DNA of 64,000 nucleotides, taken from the NCBI RefSeq assembly GCF_006345805.1, contig NC_043001.1, forward strand, positions 26,474,001 through 26,538,000. Reading direction: 5' to 3'. How positions within the stretch are numbered: position 1 is the stretch's first letter; every line of letters begins with the position of its first letter. The notes beneath the pieces were generated by a model. That model saw only the letters and a list, made by a program, of their open reading frames with translations, had not been told where the DNA came from and did not search any database. This document shows positions 23,570 to 35,289 of the stretch, piece by piece. A program made the position numbers and the translations under genes. The DNA is from Octopus sinensis. Taxonomy: Eukaryota.

Positions 23570-24560
23570 AATTTATTTTGAACAAATTTTTCAGACAAAC
23601 CATCACTCAGAAGTGTAAATCTTATATTCTTAGTTAGGCTCATTCATGTTATATGCCTCTACAAATATGATGATTTCAAGCAAGCTACTGACTCATCCAC
23701 TTTAGTACCCTTTGGTATTACAGGCAAAGTCTAGTGAAAGTCTCTGGTTAGTACAGTGGTAACTCCACCTATCAATACTTCAGAATTTCTTAAATCGTGC
23801 AAGCTTTTATTCAGTGCTTCCAAAAACATGTTGTTTGCTATGGTGCACTCATCTCAAACGAGATGATAATGATACCTCCTTAGTACCTGTTCCATACCAA
23901 ATGTTTTATTAATATTACAAATTGGTATATTGTTGTCAGCTAAATTTAAGGGTAATCTGAAAGTGGAGTGAGCTGTTTGTCCTCTTGGAAGTAGCTTAGC
24001 ACCAAACCTGTAGAAGTAAAACAGCCAAAGCTATATTTTTCTGATGGACTTCAGTCAGTAACATATCTTTTTTCCAGTTCCTATTGAAGCATCAAGAAAA
24101 AAAAGCCCCCACCCCTTCAGTAAAACATCCCCTTTTGAGTATAGCATTCCAAAATACTTTATGTTCATCCAATGATTTGGGTTTGTTTTCGCAAACATAT
24201 TTTGACAGGTCTTCAATGTTGTAAGCAGTTTCTTTTCATAGTTCTGTTTTTAAACTCTTCAGAACGATTGTTTTGAGGAAGAACATACTCATGCAATTCA
24301 TTTCCTATAATAGAAATAACTTTATCTTCAATTGCAATTAATGCTGTATTATAAATTTCATCAGTGTACTCTATGCCAGGACATTGCAAATAAATGAGGT
24401 AGTTATAACCTAATAGATGATTTCTGTATTTTAGCCATATTAATACTGGATCACCTAAATCACAGTTTTGCAATTAGATCATGTCTATTGGTATAGAATT
24501 GCCCTGGAAAAAGCTCTGCTTTGATTTTGTCCCATTTAGAACTGCAAGTGAAAATGAAGA
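23570..24560 (-). mobile_element. Decayed Helitron Rep/PIF1-helicase fragment
   Basis: Minus strand with stops/frameshifts: FFLDASIGTGK (Walker A), NIALAV, LLPRGQTAHSTFRLPLNL, DECT (Walker B), EALNKSLHDLRNSEVLIGGV, RDFH*TLPVIPKGT, plus upstream LIAIEDK; all Helitron helicase hallmarks. Confidence 0.85.
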
Positions 24561-25309
24561 AAAGATCAGGATGTACATAAGTGATAGCATCCTGTGTCCT
24601 CTCTTGCATATATCTTGTGCTTCCTGTAAAACTGGAAGAATATAAAGTTTTCCAAGCTCTGATCCTACAGTATGGCTATTAACGATAAATGTTGTTTATC
24701 ATACAGCTACATGTGAAAGGGAGGGAGAGTGGGAAGACAGGAGGAAAGAGCAAGAAGAATGACAAAGAGAGGAGGAAGCATAGTGAGAGAGAATGAGATG
24801 CAAATAGGAAAACAGAGGAGTTTAAAAGAGAAATGTAGGAGAGAAAAACATACTTTTTTAAAGGGTGTGTGTGTGTGTATTTATTCCATCTTATCCAACG
24901 TGTCCTCTCATTTGTAAAATGTTAGCTTGTGACATTGTAGAAGATTTGGCTGTTATTTCCTGCAGGTCAAGCAACCACACAGATTCTCACATTTTCTCAC
25001 ACAAAAATACACATACACATACCTACATATATGCACATGCATGCACACACACGCGTTACTTTTTAATCGTTGATTTCAGTTTACTTGTTAAGTGGTTGCA
25101 CCTGTTTTTTTTGGCAAAAGAAGGGAGAGGAAGAGGGAGAGAGAAAGAGAGAAAAGTGGGGTAAAGATAACGGAGAGAGTGGTGGTGTGTTGATGATCTG
25201 AATGATAGCTTATGTAAACTTACCACCTCCTTATCACTGCATACCAATTTCTTACATTCGTTGCTATCTTTGTAGCCCTCAAATATTCTAGCGCTTCCAT
25301 CTGGGTTTT

Positions 25310-25545
25310 ACATGTGTATGTGTGTGTGTGTGTGTGTATGTGTGTGTGTGTGTGTGTGTGATGGACACCTCCTTTTTCCTTCCTTAGCTTTCTAAAAGTT
25401 ACATATATGTATATGCATGTATTGGTGTTGGCGTATGTGTGTGTGTGTATGTATGTATGTATGTATGTATGTATGTGTGTATGTATGCTTGCATGCATGT
25501 ATGTATGTATGTATTTGTGTATGTACGTAAGTATGTATGTATGTC
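25310..25545. repeat. Compound (GT)n/(ATGT)n microsatellite
   Basis: Directly visible. Confidence 0.95.
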
Positions 25546-26385
25546 TCTTCTGAGGAAGGAGCCAGTTTCCAACAAAGATACAAGGCTCCATCTTTGGGAT
25601 GTAGCTAATACAGATAGATTCACATTTGGGACCAATTGAGGCACTTGGTGTTGAATCGATGTGTTTTTTCCATTTTTCTATTTTTGTTTCCTTTTTCTTT
25701 ATCTTTCTTTATTCCTCTTTTTCCCTTTTTTCCCTCCCAGTTTTGAATTTGTATTTTTAATGTGGTTTTGTATTATATATGTATTGTATACATACATCTT
25801 ATATCCCAATAAAAGGTACTCAAAGAGTAACTTTTATTCATATGACATAGCGATTTCTATCTTGATTTCTTTTTCTTTTAAGAATCCAATATCCAGTCAT
25901 AAATGATGTGTTCAGAATCACGCAATATTTTGCATATTTTTTTTCTGAATGATGCCATGAGCCTAAATTCATGAAACTCCAATCCCACCAGTGATCAGCA
26001 ATATACGGGATGATTGTATGAACCTGAAAATGTGTCTTATTATATATTATCCTGATTGATATATATGTAAAGTCATAAAATAATCAGAAGGCTGTGTGTT
26101 TGAATCACATTGGGGTTACCAAAATTGAAGAAGGCAGCTCTTTAAGTCAAACGTAACGATTTCTGTCTATTGATCTGTGACAAAATTAGTATAAATGTTT
26201 TAGAAGGCATGCAATTCTTTAGTCAGGGGTCACCAAAATGTAATGCCATTATAATTCATATTAGATAAATGTCAACTTTATAATTAATTAATTGTTCTTC
26301 ATTCATTCATTTCTCCGATGCATCTTCACATTCAATCATCATCATTACATTTTGGTGACCGCTGACTCAAGCACAACAGCCTTTG

Positions 26386-26416
<31 letters not shown>

Positions 26417-26518
26417 ACTCAATTCAATTCCATGTGATAACTCAACATTAGAAGAAACTTTCAAGTCCATTTTTACCAAATTACAAAATATTTGGATCAG
26501 TTGAGTTGGTCACTTGTT

Positions 26519-26930
26519 TCATCATCATCATCATCATCATTTAGCGTCCGCTTTCCATGCTAGCATGGGTTGGACGGTTCAACTGGGGTCTGGGAAGCCA
26601 GAAGGCTGCACCAGGCCCAGTCTGATCTGGCAATGTTTCTACGGCTGGATGCCCTTCCTAACGCCAACCACTCCATGAGTGTAGTGGGTGCTTTTTACGT
26701 GCCATGGACAGATGGTGCTTTTTACATGCCACCGGCACGAGGGCCAGGTGAGGCTGGCAACGGCATGGACGGATGGTGCTTTTTACATGCCACTGGCATA
26801 GAGGCCAGTCGGGGCAGCGCTGGCAACGGCCACGGTTGGGTGGTGCTTTTTACGTGCCACCGGGGCCAGGCAAGGCTGGCAATGGCCACGATCGGATGGT
26901 GCTTTTTACGTGCCACCGGCACGGAGCGGA
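26519..26930 (-). mobile_element. RTE-LINE 3' tail element with 5 internal ggtgctttttac(g/a)tgcca units
   Basis: (cat)n tail at left, then consensus, then tandem units. Confidence 0.85.
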
Positions 26931-27036
26931 GAAATTGACATATAGACATCAAATTATTGGAACATATGCAATTCTGAACAATATTAAACTCAATTTCACC
27001 TACATCCCTTTTAAAAGGATTTATGCCCTTGATTTA

Positions 27037-27039
<3 letters not shown>

Positions 27040-27088
<49 letters not shown>
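27040..27088. repeat. (TA)n microsatellite (others at 21119-21156, 22163-22186, 22652-22696, 38090-38157, 63182-63297)
   Basis: Directly visible. Confidence 0.97.
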
Positions 27089-27090
<2 letters not shown>

Positions 27091-28171
27091 AATAATAAAT
27101 CTCTATGCGAGATGTAAACAGTAGCAGCATGACATATCATGAAGTATATTTGCCACCTAAATGTGGCTGACCCATATGGGACGATGCTACTGTTGTTTAT
27201 AACCCCTAGGAAGACAGCTCCTCCAGCTGACTAACGACAAACTGTCTGTGTCTGATCAGTATTTGCGAAGGGAAATCATCCTTCCCATCTCTAGCCTTAC
27301 GTGATACACACGAACCCGGGTTTCTGAGTAATAACCTACCATCAGCGTGTGACAGTCACCAGCTTGGGATGAGAACTGATTCCAAACGCAAAATACTATA
27401 TGCTTTTTCGAGTGACAAATCGTTGCTGATCTCGAAAAAGGAGATATCTTAATTCATATTCCATACATTATTAATTGAAATACAGCATCAGGGTAGACAA
27501 AAAGAAGGGACATAATTCTTACAATATTGGATGAGTTACTTCCCGTGAAAGTTTTGTTTATTTTAATCCTATTTGTTTTTAGCTAAAAGTTATATAAAGG
27601 AATAAATGTTTTACTTTTTCTTTCAATCAAACATAAGTTTGATTCATAGTGCTATTATTTCTGAAATTTACAGTATTTGCCTCTAATTAATCTCCAGAAG
27701 AATTTTATCAGTAGGCCTACAAGTTTTCAGTATATTAACTAATCATCATCATTACTATCAGCATCACCCTCAATTTAACATCTACTTTTCCATCTTTGGA
27801 TGGGTTGTATGGAGTTTACTGAGGCAGATTTTCTACAGCTGGATTCCCTTCCTGTTGCTAACCTTTACCTGTTCCCAAGCATCGTAATATTATCCATTTA
27901 CAGTTATCACATAATATCTAGACAAGGACACAAACACTAGTGTGTGCACGCAGGCACTCACACACACACACATTATCTATTCTTAAATATCAAACAACAA
28001 CAGTTCTATCAGTTCGATTTAAATATTTATTCATGAAAGTAAAATTCACTTAGTCAAAGGATCTTTTTCTTTTCTTTTTCATGTTCTTGTTCTTTTCCCT
28101 TCTTGCAAGTTATTTGTTGACCCCACTAGTGCCACTGACACAAGAATAGCATCCAGTATACACTGTAAAGT

Positions 28172-28463
28172 GGAGGTGCAATGGCCCAGTGGTTAGAGCA
28201 GTGGACTCCCGGTTGAAGGATCGCGGTTTCAATTGTGTGTGTTTATTGAGTGAAAACATCTAAAAGCTCCACGAGGCTCCAGCAGGGGGTGGTGGTGACC
28301 CCTGTTGTACAATTTGGCCACAACTTTCTCTCACTCTCCCTTCCTGTTTCTTGAGTAATGCTGCAATAGACTGGCGTCCCGTCTGGCTGGGGGGAACACA
28401 TATGCCACAGAAACCGGGCCTATGAGCCTGGCTAGGCTTGAAAAGGGTGACGTTTATCGTTTT
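28172..28463 (+). mobile_element. tRNA-derived SINE (distinct family) nested in an RTE-tail element, 15-bp TSD
   Basis: tRNA-like head ggaggtgcaatggcccagtggttagagcag; TSD tatacactgtaaagt at 28157-28171 and 28464-28478. Confidence 0.8.
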
Positions 28464-28824
28464 TATACACTGTAAAGTAGTTGGTATTAGGAAGGACATC
28501 CAGTGATAGAAAACTTGTCAAAGCTGACATTGGTGTTTGATGCAGTTTTCTGGTTCACCAGCTTCTGTCAAACTATCCAAACCATGCCAGCATGCAAAAT
28601 GAACATTAATTGAAATTTGATAAATGATGATGATGATAACAAAGATTAAAGCCTAAAAATATATCTAATATTTACTAATTACATTAGTACAAGGCTGTAC
28701 GTTCTAATCTAAATACATTATGAGTTCAAATCCTGCTGAGGTCAAGTTTGTTTTTTGAGACCTATTGAGTCAAGTACATCAACACCAACATCGAAATAAA
28801 AATCAAATGGAAATTGTAATTAAG

Positions 28825-29155
28825 ATATCCGTGCCGGTGACACGTTAAAAGCACCATCCGAACGTGGCTGATGCCAGCGCTGCCTTGACTGGCTTCTGTG
28901 TTGGTGACACGTAAAAAGCACCAACCGATCGTGGCTGCTTGCCAGCATCCTCTGGCCCCTGTGCTGGTGGCACGTAAAAAGTACCCACTACACTCGCAGA
29001 GTGGTTGGCATTAGGAAGGGCATCCAGCTGTAGAAACACTGCCAGATCAGACTGGAGCCTGGCGCAGCCTCCTGGCTTCCCAGACCCCGGTCGAACCGTC
29101 CAACCCATACTAGCATGGAAAACGGACGTTAAACGATGATGATGATGATGATGAT
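28825..29155 (+). mobile_element. RTE-LINE 3' tail element
   Basis: Consensus with (gat)n tail. Confidence 0.85.
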
Positions 29156-30234
29156 TTTCCTGAGGTTAATAAAATGATTTGATTATGTCCCTTGTCAAAA
29201 TTTGTGGCAATGAGACAATGTCAGAAACTTATAATAGGTTTAGATTGAATGTAAGTATTATTTAATTAAGTTTCAATGTGTGAAGTTTGCTATTACTAAC
29301 TACTTCCACTACTCTGAACTAGCAAACTGCATACCTCCTTCACCTAGTTCATTTATTTCTCCACTTTTCATCACTCATTTCTACTGTATCTCTCCCCAAC
29401 ATTTCATACTCAGGTTCTACACTAAAAATTCTCTCTTAGAGCTGTAATCCTCTGGAATTACTCACTAACCATGTTTTCCCCAGAGACATCAATATCAGTC
29501 TTATTAGTAACGATGGGGGTAGGGATGGAATGGAGGTTTAAAAAGTTTATGGATGCTATTCTTTCTCTGCTGCACAATTTAATTACAAAAGAAAACCTAC
29601 CATGTGATTTTGTAAATATGGAATTTAAACTCTTATTGTGTTGTCAGAAGCCACACTACTTTATTAGCATCATCATCGTCGTCGCCATCATCATCATCAT
29701 CATCATCATCATTTCCACTGCTACTGCCGCTGCCACTGCCATGGTCACCTGAGATTAGTGCAGCATGTTTCCTGTCATAATTTGCACAACAATAGATCTG
29801 ATAGCAAAGTTGTGATAAGCAATTTGCTATTTATCAAGTCATGTTCCAATGTTTACTTTGCATTAATGATTTCATTTCTTATCTAATTAAAGCAATTTTG
29901 ACATTTTTTTATAAAGAAGTGCAGATATTTCCTGTATTAAAGTGCACTGTCCAAGCAATGGCTGAAGCAAATTGTTACTTAATTCAGTTTTCTTTCCAAG
30001 TCTTTTACTTCAGAACTACATTATCCAATGTGCCCTTCAATTTTTAAGAGAGTGTGGTTTGAGGGAGATTTGGCTGCTATTTTTAGCAAGTCGAGTGACA
30101 GCCTAGTATCCTTTAACTATGCAAAGAATTACCACAGCTCTCTGCAAGACACAACTATAGCATCTAAAATCACTACAATCTGTTGTGAGATATCACAGCA
30201 AACATACATAACATTACTAAAACTGCTTCCCTGG

Positions 30235-31836
30235 GCTAATGCATTTTCTTATGCCGATAGCGGCCTACTGCATTTTCCAATGTTGGAGGATCTCCCTTCC
30301 AGTACCATTCAACTGTCCACTGCCGGCCATCGAACACAGCCTGAAAATCCTTGTCTGTAATGGTGTGTGCAGCATTTTTTTCTTCGCAGCTCTCACCACT
30401 CTCCTGTCATGGACTCATGGCGCATAGCGACCCTGCATCGCTGAACATTGCACAGGCTTCATTGACTGTGACACCTCCCAAACGGACAATAGCATCCATC
30501 CCCATCACCACAACAACTCCGTCCACGACGTGGTCGATCACGGTCACGTGCAATCTCAATCCCTTTCTTTGTGTCCCCATATCCACATGGTTACTTCCTC
30601 TGCATTCAACTTCCGTACTGTCAACAGCCCTTACACTACTCACTCCACTCTGTTCTTCTACCACCTCTGGAGTTATTAGAGTTGTTGAACAGCCCGTGTC
30701 CATGAGGGCTCATGACACCTTTCCTTTCACATGACATCTATTACTGGCAGTGACCATATATGTGCCTCTATTCTTTTGATGGGACAACTACCGGTGTAGT
30801 AGTCTCCCATAGACCGTTTCCCTGAATGCATTCACTAGCAATGTGGCCTGTTTGTCTGCATCGATAGCAAATTACTCCAGGCCTGGGTTCCTTGCAGTCT
30901 CTCACCATGTGCGAACCCTGACACTGAAAACATTGCCCTTTGAAGGGTTGCACACATTCCTTGTTTGATCCCTCTCTGCTGATCTTTGTTTGACCCCCTC
31001 CCAGTGTTGCAGTTGCTGCTAAAGGTGTCATCCTGCAACATAAGATGATGACTCTGGCCTGAGATATTACCTCTCCCATTGCCATGGAGTGAATATTTGG
31101 CAGCTTTTGCAGTTTGCCTGACATGTGGTCAGGAAATCCTGTCACAAATGATAATTTAACAGTTTGTTCCAATGCATCATCCCCGTATCCTGCAAGTCTG
31201 GTCAATTTCCTGATTTCGTTGGCAAACACATTGACCTGTTCATCCATTCACTTCACTTTCCCCAGTTGACCATATGCCATAAATGACCCTTCTGTAAAAG
31301 CCTCCATCAGCCAGATTTCTATTTTTCTGTGCTTAAACTGGTCCTTCTCCTCCATTTTCAGGTATAGTGCCAATGCTGATTCATTGAGGTACAACAGTAT
31401 GAAACTCACTAGGTCATCTATATCATGGAGTCTTGCCGCCAACTTAATTTTTTGCAACCAAGCGGTGACACTTCCCTTATCACAAAATGGCCTAATCATC
31501 TCATTTGAAACACTGACCATACCCATTACTTTTTTTTTTGAGCCGAAATAGTGTGTCATGTGAAGGAAGAAAAAGACAGAAGCAAAGAGAGAATTGTAGT
31601 AGTCTTACCTGTTGATCTGGAAGGTCACTCACAACGTCCATGTGCTCTGTCTCAATCTGGAAGGCTCACTCACAAAGTCCACATGCTCTATCTGCTGCTG
31701 TACTGTCTAACACATCTGTTCTCATATGCTGTCAACTGCCAGCTGGCTGCTCATGCCTTGCCGACCCCACATACCCACTGCAGCCCTTCCGGTGGGACCT
31801 ACATATGTACTACCTCACTTCCGGTCCTTCCCTACA
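30235..31836 (-). mobile_element. Truncated Ty3/Gypsy LTR retrotransposon: LTR (about 31552-31836), gag with two CCHC knuckles, aspartic protease
   Basis: TG...CA-bounded ~285-bp LTR; gag frame 31559-30768 broken by one TGA at 31250-31248; CFQCQGSHMVRDC and CYRCRQTGHIASEC knuckles; LPVIDV..ALMDTGC protease motif; DKDFQAVFDGRQW downstream; no RT/RNaseH/integrase or second LTR seen. Confidence 0.88.
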
Positions 31837-34692
31837 ACACAGCCTGGCTAATAATACCACGCTAACAGAACAAGCCAACCCATTTTTGAACAAAGATGGC
31901 TCTTCAAATATCATTGATAAAGCTATCATATTTGCTATAGATTTTATTTCCAAATCTTCACTATGCACACTCAACAAAACTCTTCCCAAATTCTCCTACA
32001 TCTATCTGACTGTTTCATCACTATCTACACTTAGTTGACAAATGTGAAAAATTCTTTAAACACAGCAACAAGATGTCTGATTCCAATGTTGACCCTTCTA
32101 TTGCTCTCAAACAATACTTAGAATTGGTTCCACTTCTTACCAAAACTCTTTAATTTATCTCTTACTTTACTCTTCACCTGAGTTTCCATTCCTAAGAAGA
32201 ACAGCTTTTCTGAACCTGCTAATTACCAAACTATCATCATCCCTTCAAACATTTCAAAGGGTTTAGAAACAATTGTAATAAGCATTTCATTCTACACATT
32301 GAGTCTCACACACTTCTCAGTTATTACCAATATGATTTATATATGCTTAAATCTATCAGAGCCTTACTAAATAAGATAACTTACCAGTAGACATTTACTT
32401 TGAGAACATAGGTGAAAGCAGTTCTATTGTTGTTGACTTCAAAGACTATGATTGTTTCTGCATTAAAATTTCTGCTTAATTACCCACACATGGCAAAATT
32501 GTGCTCTCATCTCTTAGATTAGAATTTTCCTGCCTGACCATTCTATCAGGACATATGTCAAGGGAACTTTGTCAGATGTATATTCTATCAATTCCGTTGC
32601 AGTTATGTTTCCCAATCATTTTCTACATTAATGTATGCTTACTGTTATACTCCCACTAGCACTATGACCCAGTGTTGCCAGGTCATAGTGCTAGTGCATG
32701 TATATACAGCTGCATGCGTGCACACATACACACGAGTACTGTCTAAATCTCCGACCAATCAAATACAGCTAGCTGGCATTCAATTGGCGTATCAAGTTTC
32801 AGGCATTTTGATTGGGTTTTGGATAGAAAATTCACAAAAAAGTCTCTTCTATTGATTTTTTAATGGCTTTGTGGGGTGACTGGGGGAAATGTAAAGATGT
32901 GCACGACCACCCTTGGACGGTTTTGAATGACCATAGAAAGTGCGAGCCCTCTAACTGAAAAATTGTGGATTTGTATAAAGGACATGCACACACACACACA
33001 CAGACAGACATTTTGCCGTTTATATATAGAGAGATTATACACACACTCCTCTTATGATTTGAATGTTATGTACATAAGCATCATCCACATGCAATAATCT
33101 AGACTCCACTTGCTTCTACATGCACCAGAGACTTTCAGATTTCTCCATCCATTTTAGAAGCTTTCTTCTTACTAGCAAGAATTGTATATCATTTATATTT
33201 TAAGGATATTTCTACAGATTTTCTATGGAAATTATAGCCAATGCTGATTTGTTGTGACGTTTTGTATCTGAATACAATTAATGTAAACAATCCGATTGAA
33301 GATGGAAAAATATTTTTCCATCTTCAATCACATTGTTTACATTATATTTTCTCTGGCTTTTCTACAATTACTATAACTACTGTTGCTTCTCTGAACTAAC
33401 TAACTGCATACTATCCAATCCTTGGCACCCATTTCTCCTCTTCTAGTGAGTCTCACTCCATCTTTTTCTTGCCTTGATAAATTAAAAATAAATCTCTCTC
33501 AGTCATTTATTTTAGTGATGTTATAAAAGTGGAATTTAAACTATTATTGTATCACAATAGGACTCAAGGCTCTATTTACATTTTATTATACCTCGTCACC
33601 AGCAGCAACAGCAGCAGCAGCATAGATACAGCATGTTTTCTGTCACAATTTCAATAACAATGAATTTGATAACAATGTTGTGATAAGCAATATGTTATTA
33701 GCTGAGTCATGTTTGAATAACTAATGTAAAATAAACACTGACTTTAGTTTAATTCTGATGGTGTTCATCTTTCTTCTAGCTGAATATAATTTAATATTAT
33801 CTATTAAATAATATCTATTTCACCTCTCCACTCACAAAAGACATTGTACTGGGTGGCTTAAATGCATACAACTCATTTGACCACTCTTACAATTTCTGTA
33901 GCAAAACTATCTGCAACATTATCTGCATCCCTGAGCAACACTGTAACTCTTTAAACAACCTTTGTCGCTTTGTTATCTACAAACTCACAATAATTTCTGT
34001 CTTAGAATTTTCAAACCATTCCTGATGAAGGCATCCATCCGAATTTGGTCCTCTTGAGTCCTCTGGTATTTAACCTGTCATAAATCTGTTAAATGTGTGT
34101 CACCCTTAATGTATCTGAGACAGCTAAATGCACAACTAAAATCACCTTATTTGGAGGTATAACCTCCACCATGCATGCTACAAAATTCCTAAAACACCCT
34201 CAGTGTTTCACTGTTGCCAATCAGGCAAAGCATGCTGGAGAAAATCAGCACCAACTAGGAGACATTTTCCACCACCATAGCATAAGAAAGACGGCTACCA
34301 GGACAGCATTGTTATTCAATACATTGTTATGCAAGCTTTACAGGAAACACGTTACAAATTATGTATGATAGCAGACATTGATTACTGCTGCAGCTAATGG
34401 TGGTGGCGGTAGAGATAAAATAAAATGTAACGAGTATAATGAGTACTATTATAGCAAAATAACAGTTTAAATTTTCCATTAAAAAATAACTACCTTTGTG
34501 CATTTCATTGCTGGCAAGTTATATTTCCTCTCAAATTGCAGGCAGATATTTAATTTTTATAAATGTTGCAGAATCCTCCTAAATTCTCATGCTCAAACAC
34601 ATTTATCTTACAACCCTGTGCACAGACACTAAATTTGTAGTGGAGCTTTACGTGCTCATTTAATGTAAGAAATAGCAGTCAAATTTTTCTTA

Positions 34693-34727
<35 letters not shown>

Positions 34728-35289
34728 AATTATTGTATACAGTACTCAGGTGCACCACAACTTGTCAAAAGTGCATATAACGTATATGCAGTAATGTACA
34801 AATGTCTGGAAAGCGAACAGTGTATGAGTCAGATACATGCTAGCGTGTGTATGGAGGGGAGAAAATCAGGTGTAGTGTTGGCGAATCTCAGGAAGCATGG
34901 AAGTTTTGAAGGATGCAGTGCTCCGACAACTAACAACTGATGCTGGCAGTCTGTTCCATGCTTCAGCAACTCTTAGCGTGAAAAAATGTTTCCGAAAGTC
35001 ATGGGAGCTGTGCTGTTTTCTGACTTTGTAAACACTCTACCATCTTAATAATATATCTATGATTGCAATGGATAATGCAGTTTAGAAACACAACGTCTGA
35101 AAATAAAAAAATAAAAAGGGGATGGTTATGGTTTAAAAATGTCTGATAACAGTTTATTTAATTAGGGTTGATCTGGATTTAAACAACCACATCTCTTGTT
35201 TCTGTCCAACAAGATAATGATTTCAATTCCTCCTACATCCTCTCAGGAAGATTTGTCTCTCATTTGCATAACACTATGGCAACTAGAGA

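Noticed and set aside
25840-26175. Two short minus-strand segments both encoding DRNRYV with synonymous differences
   Set aside because: Only about 19 bp; stops follow immediately; compatible with chance or a small duplication with transitions.
26690-26930. CRISPR-like repeat/spacer array
   Set aside because: Eukaryotic context, no cas genes, linkers are related to each other, and the array is an internal part of a dispersed retroposon tail.
28172-28240. tRNA gene
   Set aside because: tRNA-like A box only, with a degenerate B box and no cloverleaf; it is a SINE head bounded by a TSD.
29761-29850. Shared in-frame TGA in both duplicated blocks (KL*Q.TCC) as possible selenocysteine
   Set aside because: Substitutions show no codon-position bias, flanking frames close quickly and no SECIS was identified.
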